A stretch of 64,000 nucleotides of DNA from Bacteroidales bacterium (GTDB taxonomy: Bacteria > Bacteroidota > Bacteroidia > Bacteroidales > GWA2-32-17). The position numbers and the translations under genes are program-made. Location of the stretch: the NCBI GenBank assembly GCA_013314715.1, contig JABUFC010000011.1, positions 589 through 64,588 on the forward strand. Reading direction: 5' to 3'. Below the pieces are notes generated by a model. That model saw only the letters and a program-made list of their open reading frames with translations, searched no databases and was not told the origin of the DNA. Positions 10,339 through 20,828 of this stretch are shown piece by piece (within the stretch, counting starts at the first letter, position 1; every line of letters starts with the position of its first letter).

Positions 10339-11722
10339 CAACGTTGGTCTCTTTAGGCGATTGTACGATACATTTATATATACCTGAGTTTAACGATTCG
10401 ATGTTAACATTAAAATAATTACTGCCAAATTCTTTAGGTATTATGGTTTGAAAGACTAACTGACCTAATTCATTATAAATAGATATTTGATATTCGTTAG
10501 TGCGTACGATAGGTATAAATAAATTTTGAGATGTTGGATTTGGGAAAACTTTTAAAGCACTAGAATATCGATTGTTTTCAGAAAAATAATTAATAGGGTT
10601 AAAATGATATAAAATTTTAAATTGGTAAATGTATGCCCATTCGGCTTTAATTTTATATTGACTTTCGGTAAATAATACGAGATAATTACCATCAGGCGTT
10701 TTAGTTGAAGCCGGGTAACCATAAAACCTATAAAAACTCGGATTGGGACGTTCAAAAACAAGAAAAGGAATATATTCGTGAGGATTACCAACAATTTCAT
10801 CGGGATACAATTTATAAAGCCATATAGCATCTTGGTTGTGCTCATAATATTGCGAAAAATTTCCTCTACGGTCGGTTGCAATTATCCATACATGATTAAA
10901 AATAGGCTCGTAAAAAATCCATGGTGATGGGCAGAAAAAACCATCTGCAATATTTGTTAATGCAGGTTCTGTCCATGAAAGTCCATAGTCGTATGATTCA
11001 ACCTGAAAATAGTTTTCTCCAAAAAATCCAGAATCGTTTCTAAAAAGACCGATGATAACTCCATTGCCTAAATAAGTAAATGAAGCTTCACTAATTTTGT
11101 ATTGATTCGATAAACGATAGTCCCAAACATAAACAATACTATCCCAGTTTGAACCATCCCAGCTATGACGCAATTCGCAATATTTAGCAGAATAAATGGT
11201 GTTGTAATAACCGATATTATTGTTACCGAAAATTTGATTAGTGCCCGATGACGTACCTTCGCTAGCAATGGTAAATGGACCTTGCCATGTTTGGGCTTTA
11301 TCATCGCTATACATAAAGCAATAATCAATATGTACCCCAGCGAAGGCATCGAATTTTCTAAATGTTACAATTATTCTTCCATTTTCGGTAACACCACCAT
11401 GTACATTTCTGTCGTCGTAGGGGCTTTCAAATAATACGATAGGAATAGACCAATTGTCGCCATTATCGAGTGAGGTGCGCATCATAATGCGGCCACCATT
11501 GCCAACATGATTGCCATTCTGACCTGGATCTTGGCGAAAAAAATGATATATCGTACTATCTATTGTAATTAAAAAACCTTCGGAATTGTGATCGTTCGTT
11601 TTGTAAGATAAGGTTGGTTCTGTTATAAGTGGATAGTCGTTAGGGTTTAAGTATTGTGCCCATGAAAAGCTCGACAATAATATAAATAGTAAAATAATTT
11701 GATATTTTATTATAACTCCCAT
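10319..11722 (-). CDS. secreted BNR/Asp-box (sialidase-fold) protein with T9SS type A C-terminal sorting domain
   Basis: Signal peptide. Asp-box repeats SLDNGDNWS, SDDKAQTWQ and SYDYGLSWT. C-terminal KVFPNPTSQNLFI...LNSGIYKCIV is typical of Por/T9SS CTDs. Confidence 0.6.
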   Translation of the reverse strand: MGVIIKYQIILLFILLSSFSWAQYLNPNDYPLITEPTLSYKTNDHNSEGFLITIDSTIYHFFRQDPGQNGNHVGNGGRIMMRTSLDNGDNWSIPIVLFESPYDDRNVHGGVTENGRIIVTFRKFDAFAGVHIDYCFMYSDDKAQTWQGPFTIASEGTSSGTNQIFGNNNIGYYNTIYSAKYCELRHSWDGSNWDSIVYVWDYRLSNQYKISEASFTYLGNGVIIGLFRNDSGFFGENYFQVESYDYGLSWTEPALTNIADGFFCPSPWIFYEPIFNHVWIIATDRRGNFSQYYEHNQDAIWLYKLYPDEIVGNPHEYIPFLVFERPNPSFYRFYGYPASTKTPDGNYLVLFTESQYKIKAEWAYIYQFKILYHFNPINYFSENNRYSSALKVFPNPTSQNLFIPIVRTNEYQISIYNELGQLVFQTIIPKEFGSNYFNVNIESLNSGIYKCIVQSPKETNVATFVKN

Positions 11723-11735
11723 AGAATTGATATTA

Positions 11736-11743
11736 CAAATATA
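11736..11743 (-). promoter_or_regulatory. -7 promoter box TAtaTTTG upstream of the BNR gene
   Basis: Reverse complement of caaatata, 13 nt upstream of the ATG at 11722. Confidence 0.3.
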
Positions 11744-11780
11744 TAATAAATAGTATAAAAATCAAATACTTTTAAAGTAA

Positions 11781-12404
11781 TTACATTTTTAAAATAATTT
11801 TATTAACGGTTGCAAATGACGAGACAAGGTATTTTTTATGGCTTTGTAAATTTTCACAGATATAGCGAGTTCGGCGTTTTTCTATCATTTTAAACTGAAA
11901 GCCATTGCTTAATTGAAAAATGCTACCAGGGTTTAAATCTTTAACATAAATAATAGGCGTTGGATGATCAATTTTATTGATAGCTTCAATTATTAAAGCA
12001 TCGCGTTTTTTTGAATAAATAAAGGGTTTTAAGAATTGCTTAATTATAGTATCAGTTATTTGAGGATGAAATAATTGGTTTTCGATAGCTTGATTTAAAA
12101 GGTTGAAAAATGTTTGTTGCCATTCAATACCATGAGGTTTATTTTTGTGTTTGTATTGTTTAACAACAAGTAGGTGAGCATATTCATGTAAGAAAACATA
12201 AAGAAATTTTGAAGGAGAAAGGTTGTTATTCAATGAAATAATATAAATATGTTTAGACTTATCATCTTTCATGTAGCCCAGTTTGGTGTGTCTAGGTGGT
12301 TCTATTTTTACCTTTAAATTAGGAATAGCTTTTACTAAGTTATCAATGTATTCTACAACTTTTTCGTTTTTTACAAATGGGAATAAAGGGTGTTTTACGT
12401 TCAT
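11781..12404 (-). CDS. SprT-like zinc metalloprotease-domain protein
   Basis: HExxH motif in FLHEYAHLLV, with size and context typical of SprT-like proteins. Confidence 0.5.
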   Translation of the reverse strand: MNVKHPLFPFVKNEKVVEYIDNLVKAIPNLKVKIEPPRHTKLGYMKDDKSKHIYIISLNNNLSPSKFLYVFLHEYAHLLVVKQYKHKNKPHGIEWQQTFFNLLNQAIENQLFHPQITDTIIKQFLKPFIYSKKRDALIIEAINKIDHPTPIIYVKDLNPGSIFQLSNGFQFKMIEKRRTRYICENLQSHKKYLVSSFATVNKIILKM

Positions 12405-12453
12405 GATAGAGTATTTAAAAAAAACATGTAAATTTACACAGAATTTTAAATCT

Positions 12454-13197
12454 ATGTTGTTGCTTTTCCATATAGGGCGTTACTTTTTATTGTTAAAAAA
12501 GGTGTTTTCAAGACCAGAACGTGGAAGAGTATATATGCAGCAAATTTTGAACGAATTATTAACAGTAGGTTTCAATTCGTTAGGAATTGTAGTTATAATT
12601 TCTGTATTTATGGGGGCTGTAATTACGCTACAAACGGCTTATAATCTCGAAAATCCACTAATTCCTCTTTATCTTATAGGCTTAGGTACTCGCGATAGTA
12701 TGATTTTAGAATTTTCGTCCACGGTGGTGGGGTTAGTGTTAGCTGGTAAGGTTGGTTCAAATATAGCGTCAGAAATAGGTACCATGAGGGTAACGGAACA
12801 AATAGATGCACTTGAAATTATGGGCATCAATTCGGCAAGTTATTTGATTTTACCCAAAATTATAGCGGCTGTAATATTTAATCCTTTTTTAACCATTATT
12901 AGTATTTTTGTGGGCATTTTTGGAGGATGGGCGGCTGGTGTGCTTTCGGGTGTTGTTAGTTCGGCAGTTTTTATACAAGGTATACAATATGCGTTTGTGC
13001 CTTTTTATGTTGTATATGCTTTAATAAAAACGGTTGTATTTGCTTTTATTATAGTATCGGTATCGGCTTATGAGGGTTATTATTGTAGTGGTGGCGCTTT
13101 AGAGGTGGGGCGGGCGAGTACTAAGGCTGTTGTATATAGTAGTTTAGTTATTTTGTTGTTTAATGTAATTTTAACCCAATTATTGTTGGCTCACTAA
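12454..13197 (+). CDS. mlaE: MlaE-family ABC transporter permease
   Basis: Multi-TM protein with MlaE-like LGIVVIISVFMGAVITLQ and EIGTMRVTEQIDALEIMGI motifs. The start is set at ATG 12454 (247 aa). The ORF-track start at 12283 and the ATG at 12403 both overlap the divergent SprT-like gene. Confidence 0.75.
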   Translation: MLLLFHIGRYFLLLKKVFSRPERGRVYMQQILNELLTVGFNSLGIVVIISVFMGAVITLQTAYNLENPLIPLYLIGLGTRDSMILEFSSTVVGLVLAGKVGSNIASEIGTMRVTEQIDALEIMGINSASYLILPKIIAAVIFNPFLTIISIFVGIFGGWAAGVLSGVVSSAVFIQGIQYAFVPFYVVYALIKTVVFAFIIVSVSAYEGYYCSGGALEVGRASTKAVVYSSLVILLFNVILTQLLLAH

Positions 13198-13952
13198 TGA
13201 TAGAAGTGCTTAATATATCGAAGTCGTTTGCCGATAAAAAGGTTTTAAATAATATAAACATAACATTTGAAGCAGGTAAGACCAATTTGATTATAGGTTA
13301 TAGCGGTTCTGGTAAAACAGTCTTAATGAAATCGTTGGTAGGTTTAATTGAGATAGATGAAGGAAATATTTTATACGATGGTAGAAATTTTACGCAAATG
13401 TCGTTTATGGAACGTAAAGAAGTGCGTAAAGAATTTGGTATGGTATTTCAGGGAGGGGCTTTATTTGATTCGCTCTCGATACTCGAAAATGTAATGTTTC
13501 CTTTGAATATGTTTTCGACTATGTCGAAAAGCGAAAAACTCGATCGTGCCAATTTTTGTTTAAAACGTGTAAATTTAGAAAATGTTAATCATTTATATCC
13601 AGCAGAAATAAGTGGTGGTATGAAAAAACGAGTTGCCATTGCACGTGCTATAGCTTTAAATCCCAAATATCTTTTTTGCGATGAACCTAATTCAGGATTA
13701 GACCCTGTAACCTCAATTGTTATAGATAACTTAATAAAAGAAATTACACAAGAGTACCAGATTACAACGATTGTCAATACGCACGATATGAATTCGGTGA
13801 TGGAAATTGGCGATAAAATTGTTTTTCTCTACAAGGGCGATAAGCTTTGGGAAGGAACCAAACACGAAGTAATGGAGACCGATTGTAAAGAATTAAACGA
13901 CTTTATTTTTGCATCAGAACTAACACGATTAATAAAGAAAAATAAGGGATAA
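13197..13952 (+). CDS. mlaF: ABC transporter ATP-binding protein (MlaF-like)
   Basis: Walker A GYSGSGKT, signature ISGGMKKRVAIARA and Walker B LFCDEP. Its start overlaps the permease stop. Confidence 0.85.
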   Translation: MIEVLNISKSFADKKVLNNINITFEAGKTNLIIGYSGSGKTVLMKSLVGLIEIDEGNILYDGRNFTQMSFMERKEVRKEFGMVFQGGALFDSLSILENVMFPLNMFSTMSKSEKLDRANFCLKRVNLENVNHLYPAEISGGMKKRVAIARAIALNPKYLFCDEPNSGLDPVTSIVIDNLIKEITQEYQITTIVNTHDMNSVMEIGDKIVFLYKGDKLWEGTKHEVMETDCKELNDFIFASELTRLIKKNKG

Positions 13953-13963
13953 GTGGCGTTGCT

Positions 13964-14512
13964 TTATTCGTCAATAGAATCTATTTCAATTAGAACATCG
14001 TCTTTCATAACAGATTGTCCACGTTGAACATAAATTTTACGAACAATGCCATTTACGGGTAAGGCATATTCGTTTTGCATTTTCATCGATTCGATGTTAA
14101 TAACAGGTTCATTCGCATTTATTAAATCGCCTTCAGAAACATAAATATCTATAACTTTACCAGGAATGGGAGCCCTAAGTACATTTTGTATTTTAGCACT
14201 TTCTTCTGTTGAAAGCAATTTACGACGTAAATAACTTGAAATAGATTCGATGCTAAATTTATATTCTACTCCGTTTACTAATATAGTATATTTGTTTTGT
14301 TCTTTAGATTTTACAATGCAAGTGTATCGTTTATTATTCCATTTAAAACAATAGCTACTGATGCATCCGTTAATTATTGTAATTGGTAATTCGACATTAT
14401 TAATAATGGGATTAGATTCTACTGGAAGGTAAATATTAAATTTTTTTCCGGTTTCGCTTATTGCTATAAATAAGCGAGTTGCATCGCGTTTATAAATATA
14501 TTGTGTTGCCAT
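13964..14512 (-). CDS. biotin carboxyl carrier protein subunit of an acyl-CoA carboxylase
   Basis: C-terminal biotinyl domain with the biotinylation motif IESMKMQNE. Confidence 0.75.
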   Translation of the reverse strand: MATQYIYKRDATRLFIAISETGKKFNIYLPVESNPIINNVELPITIINGCISSYCFKWNNKRYTCIVKSKEQNKYTILVNGVEYKFSIESISSYLRRKLLSTEESAKIQNVLRAPIPGKVIDIYVSEGDLINANEPVINIESMKMQNEYALPVNGIVRKIYVQRGQSVMKDDVLIEIDSIDE

Positions 14513-14515
14513 AGT

Positions 14516-16012
14516 TTATTTATTGATACGTTTATTTAATACCCAAATACTTAAGTCATCGTTGGTATAACTGGGAGTATTGGAAGCTAATTTTAAATAA
14601 TCGAGTGCATAAACAATAGAAGCTGTAAGGGCGCCAATAATTTCTTCTTCGTCATCATAAAGTATATCGGGTTTATAATTTTCTTCTATCCATTTAGTGG
14701 TATAATTTCCTAAAATAAAATCGTTATGTTGAAGCACTTTTTTATAAAATGGGATTGTTGTTTTAATGCCAATAATTTGTGTATAATTTAGTGCTTTTAA
14801 CATTTTTTCGATAGCTAAAGCTCTATCGGTATCGTGAACAATAATTTTAGCGAGCATAGAGTCAAAATTGGTATTCACTACAGACCCTTGTTCAATTCCT
14901 GTTTCGATTCGTATTGTATCGGATGTAGGAAAATAAACCGATTCGATAAAACCGCTTTCGGGAGCGAACCGATTTTGAGCGTCTTCGGCATTTACACGGC
15001 ATTCTATTGCCCATCCGTTAAGTTTAATATCCTCTTGTTTTATAGTAAGAGGCTCATCCATAGCAATTTTAAGTTGCCATTCAATTAAATCGATACCGGT
15101 AATTAGTTCGGTAATGGGATGTTCTACTTGAATACGGGTATTCATTTCCATAAAATAATAATCGCCGTTACCGTCTAAAAGGAACTCAATAGTACCAGCT
15201 GAATAATATCCAATGGTTTTTGCGAATTGTACGGCTAATTGACCCATTTTTTCACGTTTTTCGGGTGTTAATGCTGGCGAAGGAGCTTCTTCTATCATTT
15301 TTTGATGTTTGCGTTGCAACGAACATTCGCGTTCGCCTAAGTGTATTATATTTCCATACTTATCTCCTAAGATTTGAAATTCGATATGTTTAGGTTGACT
15401 AATGTATTTTTCGATAAATAGATCGCCATTTCCAAAAGCTGTTATGGCTTCTTTTTGAGCTGAATTAAAATTTCGTTCGAGTGCTTCGGGCTTTTCTACA
15501 ATTCGCATACCTCTACCGCCACCGCCAGCCGATGCTTTTAATAATATTGGATATCCAATTTTTTCGGCAATGATTTGAGCTTGTTCAATTGAATTTACTA
15601 CGCCCTCGCTTCCTTGAATTAGAGGTAATCCGGCTTTTTGTGCAAATTCTTTTGCAATAGTTTTTAATCCCATATTGCGAATAAGTTCGGGCGAGGGTCC
15701 AATAAAAACCATCTGATGATCGATACAGGCTTGTGCAAAATCGGGGTTTTCTGACAAAAAGCCATATCCGGGATGAATATAACCAATCTGATGCTCTTGT
15801 GCTAGTTCGATTATTTTGGGAATATTAAGAAAGATACTGGTTTCGTTATGGGCATCGTTTGCAGTAATAATTTCATCGGCAAATTTGAGGTAATAGGCAT
15901 CAGTATCTTTATCACTTTGAAAAACAATACACGTAAAACCTAATTTTTTTGCTGTTCGAATAATTCGAATAGCAATTTCGCCTCTATTGGCTATTAAGAG
16001 TCGTTTTTCCAT
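14516..16012 (-). CDS. accC: biotin carboxylase subunit (acetyl/propionyl-CoA carboxylase)
   Basis: MEKRLLIANRGEIAIRI N-terminus, an ATP-grasp region and the MEMNTRIQVEHP motif. The ATG at 16012 is preferred over the upstream TTG at 16021. Confidence 0.9.
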   Translation of the reverse strand: MEKRLLIANRGEIAIRIIRTAKKLGFTCIVFQSDKDTDAYYLKFADEIITANDAHNETSIFLNIPKIIELAQEHQIGYIHPGYGFLSENPDFAQACIDHQMVFIGPSPELIRNMGLKTIAKEFAQKAGLPLIQGSEGVVNSIEQAQIIAEKIGYPILLKASAGGGGRGMRIVEKPEALERNFNSAQKEAITAFGNGDLFIEKYISQPKHIEFQILGDKYGNIIHLGERECSLQRKHQKMIEEAPSPALTPEKREKMGQLAVQFAKTIGYYSAGTIEFLLDGNGDYYFMEMNTRIQVEHPITELITGIDLIEWQLKIAMDEPLTIKQEDIKLNGWAIECRVNAEDAQNRFAPESGFIESVYFPTSDTIRIETGIEQGSVVNTNFDSMLAKIIVHDTDRALAIEKMLKALNYTQIIGIKTTIPFYKKVLQHNDFILGNYTTKWIEENYKPDILYDDEEEIIGALTASIVYALDYLKLASNTPSYTNDDLSIWVLNKRINK

Positions 16013-16023
16013 ACAAAACAATT

Positions 16024-17559
16024 TTAAAGTGGGATATTACCGTGTTTTCTAGAAAGTGGAGCATATTGTTTATTGTTTAGAATTTCGAAGGCTGTAATTA
16101 AAATACGGCGTGTTTCTGAGGGCATAATCACTTCGTCAATAAGACCCAATTCTTCGGCTTTGAAGGGATTACTGATTTCGTTTTTATATTTTTCGATTAA
16201 TAATTTTTCGAGCTCTTCTTTATTATCGGCAGCATTTAATTCTTTACGGTTAATGATTTTAATGGCTCCTTTGGCTCCCATAACGGCTATTTCGGCCGAT
16301 GGCCAAGCGAAATTAAAATCGCCGCCTGTATTTTTGCTACTCATTACTATATAGGCACCACCATACGATTTTCTGAGTATAACTGTAACTTTAGGTACCG
16401 TTGCATCGCAAAATGCGTATAATAGTTTAGCTCCATGTTTTATAATACCTTCATATTCTTGATCGATACCGGGCAAAAAACCGGGCACATCTTCTAAAAT
16501 TAGTAATGGAATGTTGAAAGCGTCGCAAAAACGCACAAAACGCGCCGCTTTAAAGCTTGCTTTGATATCGAGTGTGCCTGCTAGTACTTTAGGCTGATTA
16601 GCAATAATGCCAATGGTTTTGCCATTGAGGCGACCGAAGCCCACTACTATATTTTCGGCATATTTTTCGTGTACTTCAAAAAAACTATCGGTATCGAGCA
16701 ATATTTCAATTATTTCTTTTACATCGTATGGTTTATTAGAGTCGTCTGGGATGATACTATTTAGGTATTCTTGCTTTTTTTCGTTGAAATGAATTTCTTT
16801 GCTTATGGGTAGTGGGTCGAAATTGTTAGACGGAAGGTAAGACATAAGTTTACGCACTCCGAGTAAGGCGTGTTCTTCGTCTTCGTAAACAAAATGTGCA
16901 ACTCCGCTTTTAGTTGAGTGTATATGAGCACCTCCTAAGTTATCCATCGTTACATCTTCGTTGAGTACTTCTTTTATAACATCGGGTCCTGTAAGAAACA
17001 TGTACGATGTTTTATTGGTCATGAAGATAAAATCGGTGAGGGCGGGTGAATAAACGGCTCCACCGGCAGCGGGTCCCATAATGACACTGATTTGTGGTAT
17101 AATGCCGGAAGAGCGAACGTTATTTCGAAAAATTTGGGCATAAGCGGAGAGGCTTTTTACTCCTTCTTGAATGCGAGCACCTGCCGAGTCAATAAGTCCT
17201 ATTATTGGAGATCCTAATTTAAAAGCCATTTCTTGAATACGAGCTATTTTCATTCCATGGGCGTAGCCTAATGAGCCTCCCATGGTAGTAAAATCTTGAG
17301 CAAAAGCAAAGACACTTCTGCCCTGTATAAGACCACGTCCAACTACTACACCATCGCCATAAGTTGAAGTATTTTGACTCCCACTTTCGGCAGCTGGTTC
17401 GATAAAAGCGCCTATTTCGAAAAATGTTCCTTCGTCGAATAAAATATTTAATCGTTCACGGGCAGTAAGTTTACCTTTAATATGTTGTTTTTGTATAGCA
17501 TTTTCTTCGTTTTGCTTTAATATTTGCTTGCGTTTAGAAAAAATTTCTTTATGACTCAT
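16024..17559 (-). CDS. acyl-CoA carboxylase carboxyltransferase subunit (PccB/methylmalonyl-CoA carboxyltransferase-like)
   Basis: Full-length carboxyl_trans domain (GGSLGYAHGMKI, IMGPAAGGAVYSPA, AWPSAEIAVMG). The ATG at 17559 is preferred because a -7 box overlaps the TTG start at 17586. Confidence 0.9.
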   Translation of the reverse strand: MSHKEIFSKRKQILKQNEENAIQKQHIKGKLTARERLNILFDEGTFFEIGAFIEPAAESGSQNTSTYGDGVVVGRGLIQGRSVFAFAQDFTTMGGSLGYAHGMKIARIQEMAFKLGSPIIGLIDSAGARIQEGVKSLSAYAQIFRNNVRSSGIIPQISVIMGPAAGGAVYSPALTDFIFMTNKTSYMFLTGPDVIKEVLNEDVTMDNLGGAHIHSTKSGVAHFVYEDEEHALLGVRKLMSYLPSNNFDPLPISKEIHFNEKKQEYLNSIIPDDSNKPYDVKEIIEILLDTDSFFEVHEKYAENIVVGFGRLNGKTIGIIANQPKVLAGTLDIKASFKAARFVRFCDAFNIPLLILEDVPGFLPGIDQEYEGIIKHGAKLLYAFCDATVPKVTVILRKSYGGAYIVMSSKNTGGDFNFAWPSAEIAVMGAKGAIKIINRKELNAADNKEELEKLLIEKYKNEISNPFKAEELGLIDEVIMPSETRRILITAFEILNNKQYAPLSRKHGNIPL

Positions 17560-17583
17560 GTTGGGGGTAATTTTGTCGAAGCC

Positions 17584-17591
17584 CAAAGATA
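17584..17591 (-). promoter_or_regulatory. -7 promoter box TAtcTTTG upstream of the carboxylase operon
   Basis: Reverse complement of caaagata, 24 nt upstream of the ATG at 17559. Confidence 0.35.
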
Positions 17592-17665
17592 TAAAAATAT
17601 TTTTTAAAAAAGATATAATATGTCAGGCTTAACCTAATTGTTATGTTTAGAAGGATATTTTTAAT

Positions 17666-18670
17666 TTACAACCATTTTTGTTCTTTGTACCAGTCGATAG
17701 ATTCTTTTACACCTTTATCTAAATCATATTCTGCTTTAAAATTAAAATCGCGCTGCAACGGTTCTACTTCGCATTTCCAATTAAGACTCGAAAGAATATT
17801 ATATTTATCTTTGTTTAGTACAGGTGTACGTCCAAATAAACCAAAAATAAATTCTAAAATAATTGAAATGAATTTTACAAGAAATAATGGAACTCTTAAT
17901 TTAATTGTTTTTTTATGGAGGTGTTTTTTTACAATAGCAGCATATTCTTCTGAAAGGTAAACATTATTGTCGGCAATAAAATAAGCTCGATGTTTAAAGG
18001 GTGATTCTAAGGCATCAAAAACTAATCGGGCTAAATCTTTAACATAAATAAATGTGAGGTGTTGTGACTTAAAGCCAATATAAGGTTCGAATCCACGATT
18101 AATGGTTTTTAGATAAACAAAATAATCGGTTTCGCGAGGTCCGTAAACACCGGTAGGTCTAAAAACAATCCACGGAAGTTCGTTTTTTGAACGAATAAAT
18201 TCTTCGGCTTTTAGTTTACTGCGTCCATATTCGGTATTGGGTTGTGGGGTGTCGCTAAGTTTTACAGGTTCAAGGGTTTTATTGTTGCCAGGTCCAAATG
18301 CGGCTAAACTGCTTATTTGTATATATTTTTCGGGTATATGCTTACTTTCAAGTAATGCTTCAACAAAATTACGTGTACATTCGTAGTTTACTTTCATGAA
18401 TTCGTCGAGGCGTTTCACCTTTGTTACACCTGCATTGTGTATAATGTAATCTATTGCACCGTTTTTTTGTATATACTGGTTGAGTTGTTGTTTTATTTGT
18501 TCTTTATCAAATAAGTTGAAGTATATAAAATCTATTTCGGGCTGTTGTAAATATTTTTTGCTGCTCGAAGTTCTTATTCCTGCAATAGGTTTATAACCTC
18601 TTTTAATAGCTTCTTCGACTAAAAAGCTACCCACAAAGCCACTTGCGCCGGTAATGAGTACTTTTTTCAT
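17666..18670 (-). CDS. NAD-dependent epimerase/dehydratase family (extended SDR) protein
   Basis: Rossmann motif ITGASGFVGSFL and a YGRSK catalytic YxxxK. Confidence 0.7.
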   Translation of the reverse strand: MKKVLITGASGFVGSFLVEEAIKRGYKPIAGIRTSSSKKYLQQPEIDFIYFNLFDKEQIKQQLNQYIQKNGAIDYIIHNAGVTKVKRLDEFMKVNYECTRNFVEALLESKHIPEKYIQISSLAAFGPGNNKTLEPVKLSDTPQPNTEYGRSKLKAEEFIRSKNELPWIVFRPTGVYGPRETDYFVYLKTINRGFEPYIGFKSQHLTFIYVKDLARLVFDALESPFKHRAYFIADNNVYLSEEYAAIVKKHLHKKTIKLRVPLFLVKFISIILEFIFGLFGRTPVLNKDKYNILSSLNWKCEVEPLQRDFNFKAEYDLDKGVKESIDWYKEQKWL

Positions 18671-18672
18671 TT

Positions 18673-19797
18673 TTATTTAGTAATTTCTTTAATCCAGCAA
18701 CGGCGTGTCATATGCTGGCGATGCTCAAAATTTTTCCAAATGGTGAGTGCTTTGGTGTTTTCTTCTAATTGAGGTCCGCTTACAGCCAATTTAAAGCCTG
18801 CATCGATATAGGCTTGTGTCATATAATAGTAATAAAGAGCAACAACGCCTTTGCCTTGATATTCGGGCAATACACCATTTATGTACATGTCAATAATTTC
18901 GTGTTGTTTAAAAGCTTTAATTAAATGCCACCATCCAAATGGGAAGAGACGTCCATTACTTTTTTGTAAGGCTCGTGTTAGCGATGGGGCTGAAACACCA
19001 AAACCAATTACATTATCTTTATCGTCAATAACCATTTTTACAAAACGTTTGTCGATAAAATTAAAATATTGATCGACATATGATTTTATTTGTCGGTCGG
19101 TGAGTGGAACAAAACCATATAAATTTTTAAAAGCTTCGTTTAAAGTATAAAAAAGTTTATAGGCATATTTGAGTAAATCTTTTTTAGAATGGACTTCGAG
19201 TAATTTAAACCCATAACGTTCTTCGACCATTTTAGCCATTTTTTCCATTTTTTCAGGAATTTGTTTTGGGATTGTAAATTCATTTTGAAGCCAATCGACA
19301 TCTTTGCGAAATCCTAATTTTTCCATGTGAGTAACGTAATAGGGGTAGTTGTAAATAGAAAAAACATTTGAAAGTTCATCAAAACCTTTGATAAGCATGC
19401 CTTCGTTGTCCATATCGGTAAACCCTAGTGGACCGTGAATTTCGTGTAATCCAAGTTCTTTACCCCAATTTTCGACTGCTTGTATGAGTGCCGATGAGAC
19501 TTCAATATCGTCAATAAAATCAATCCATCCAAAACGAATTCTTTTTTCATTCCAGATTTCGTTCGATTTTTTATGAACGATGGCTGCAATACGTCCAACA
19601 ATTTTTTTATCTTTGTATGCTAGAAAGTATCTTGCGTCGCAATAGTCGAACGAAGGACTTCCCCATTTAAGTGTTTCCATTTCGCCCATTCTAAGGGGTG
19701 GGCACCAATATGGATTGCCTTTATAAAGATTGTATTGAAAGTTTATAAATTTTTTAAGTTCGCGTTTTGTTTTTACTTCGTGAATTGTAACTGCCAT
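18673..19797 (-). CDS. uncharacterized GNAT-like acyltransferase-fold protein
   Basis: The N-terminal pattern ...FINFQYNLYKGNPYWCPPL resembles, from memory, a conserved family usually annotated as N-acetyltransferase. Weak call. Confidence 0.3.
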   Translation of the reverse strand: MAVTIHEVKTKRELKKFINFQYNLYKGNPYWCPPLRMGEMETLKWGSPSFDYCDARYFLAYKDKKIVGRIAAIVHKKSNEIWNEKRIRFGWIDFIDDIEVSSALIQAVENWGKELGLHEIHGPLGFTDMDNEGMLIKGFDELSNVFSIYNYPYYVTHMEKLGFRKDVDWLQNEFTIPKQIPEKMEKMAKMVEERYGFKLLEVHSKKDLLKYAYKLFYTLNEAFKNLYGFVPLTDRQIKSYVDQYFNFIDKRFVKMVIDDKDNVIGFGVSAPSLTRALQKSNGRLFPFGWWHLIKAFKQHEIIDMYINGVLPEYQGKGVVALYYYYMTQAYIDAGFKLAVSGPQLEENTKALTIWKNFEHRQHMTRRCWIKEITK

Positions 19798-19799
19798 AA

Positions 19800-20828
19800 T
19801 TAAATTTTATAATATTGCTTATACCATTGAATAAAAGCTCGAATACCGTGTATAATATCAGTTTGCGGTTTAAATTTAATTAAATCCCATAAATGACTTG
19901 TATCGGCGTGTGTACTAATTACGTCGCCTGGTTGAAGTGGAAGAAAATGCATGGTAGCTTTTTTACCAAGTTCTTGTTCTATTGCTTCTACAAAATCCAT
20001 AAGTTTTACTGGGCTACCATTTCCAATATTTAATAAACGATAGGGTGCTGGAGTTGCCATGTGTCTATTGGTTAAAGGTGGAATTTTTATTAACTGTATT
20101 ATTGCAAATACAATATCATCGATAAAAGTAAAATCGCGATACATTTCTCCATGGTTGTAAACATCAATAGGTTTATTGGCTAAAATATTTTGGGTAAATT
20201 TAAAAAGTGCCATATCGGGACGTCCCCAAGGACCATATACGGTAAAAAAACGTAATCCGGTTGTGGGAATTTGAAATAAATAAGAATAAGTATGTGCCAT
20301 TAATTCATTACTCTTTTTAGTAGCAGCATAAAGACTAATAGGATAATCGACATGATCTTCGATGGTAAAAGGTGTTTTTTTATTAAGTCCATAAACACTG
20401 CTACTACTGGCATATAAAAGATGTTGAACCGGATAATTTCTACAAGCTTCGAGTATATTTAAAAAACCAACAATATTGGAATCGATATATGCATAAGGCT
20501 GTTCAAAACTATATCTTACTCCTGCTTGTGCTGCAAGATTAATAACAATATCGGGTTTAAATTGATGAAAACAATGAAATATTTGGTCTTTATCGTGCAA
20601 ATTGGTTTTTACAAATTGCAATTGTTGCCATTTTTGACTATTACACCATTTATTGGGTTGAATAATTTGGGTGGGTATTCCTAAAGTTTGAAGTCGAGCA
20701 TATTTTAGATTTACATCGTAATAATCGTTAATGTTGTCGATACCCAGTACTTCAAATCCATTATTTAAAATGGCTTGAGTCAAATGAAAACCGATGAAAC
20801 CGGCTGTTCCGGTTATAAGGACTCTCAT
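19800..20828 (-). CDS. NAD-dependent nucleotide-sugar epimerase (UDP-glucuronate 4-epimerase-like)
   Basis: ITGTAGFIGFHL Rossmann motif and YAATKKSNE catalytic YxxxK, with full-length extended-SDR similarity. Confidence 0.7.
   Translation of the reverse strand: MRVLITGTAGFIGFHLTQAILNNGFEVLGIDNINDYYDVNLKYARLQTLGIPTQIIQPNKWCNSQKWQQLQFVKTNLHDKDQIFHCFHQFKPDIVINLAAQAGVRYSFEQPYAYIDSNIVGFLNILEACRNYPVQHLLYASSSSVYGLNKKTPFTIEDHVDYPISLYAATKKSNELMAHTYSYLFQIPTTGLRFFTVYGPWGRPDMALFKFTQNILANKPIDVYNHGEMYRDFTFIDDIVFAIIQLIKIPPLTNRHMATPAPYRLLNIGNGSPVKLMDFVEAIEQELGKKATMHFLPLQPGDVISTHADTSHLWDLIKFKPQTDIIHGIRAFIQWYKQYYKI

Noticed and set aside
10552-11349. Minus-strand alternative-frame ORFs (10552..10881, 11068..11349) inside the BNR gene. 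Similar in-gene ORFs occur at 36149..36481, 52629..52817, 53057..53374 and 55464..55857.
   Set aside because: They are fully nested in longer ORFs that carry recognisable domains. No independent support.
12283-12453. N-terminal extension of the MlaE-like permease (also the ATG at 12403)
   Set aside because: It runs antisense through the 5' end of the SprT-like gene. The ATG at 12403 would share two bases with the divergent start codon (tCATGa), leaving no room for promoters. ATG 12454 gives a typical 247-aa MlaE.
17643-17960. 105-aa plus-strand ORF
   Set aside because: It is antisense to the 3' end of the SDR gene (17666..18670). Shadow ORF.
18084-18094. GGTTCGAATCC, a tRNA T-loop-like string
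   Set aside because: The flanks do not form a T-stem (taagg against ccacg) or an acceptor stem, and it lies inside the SDR coding sequence. No tRNA genes were found in the window.
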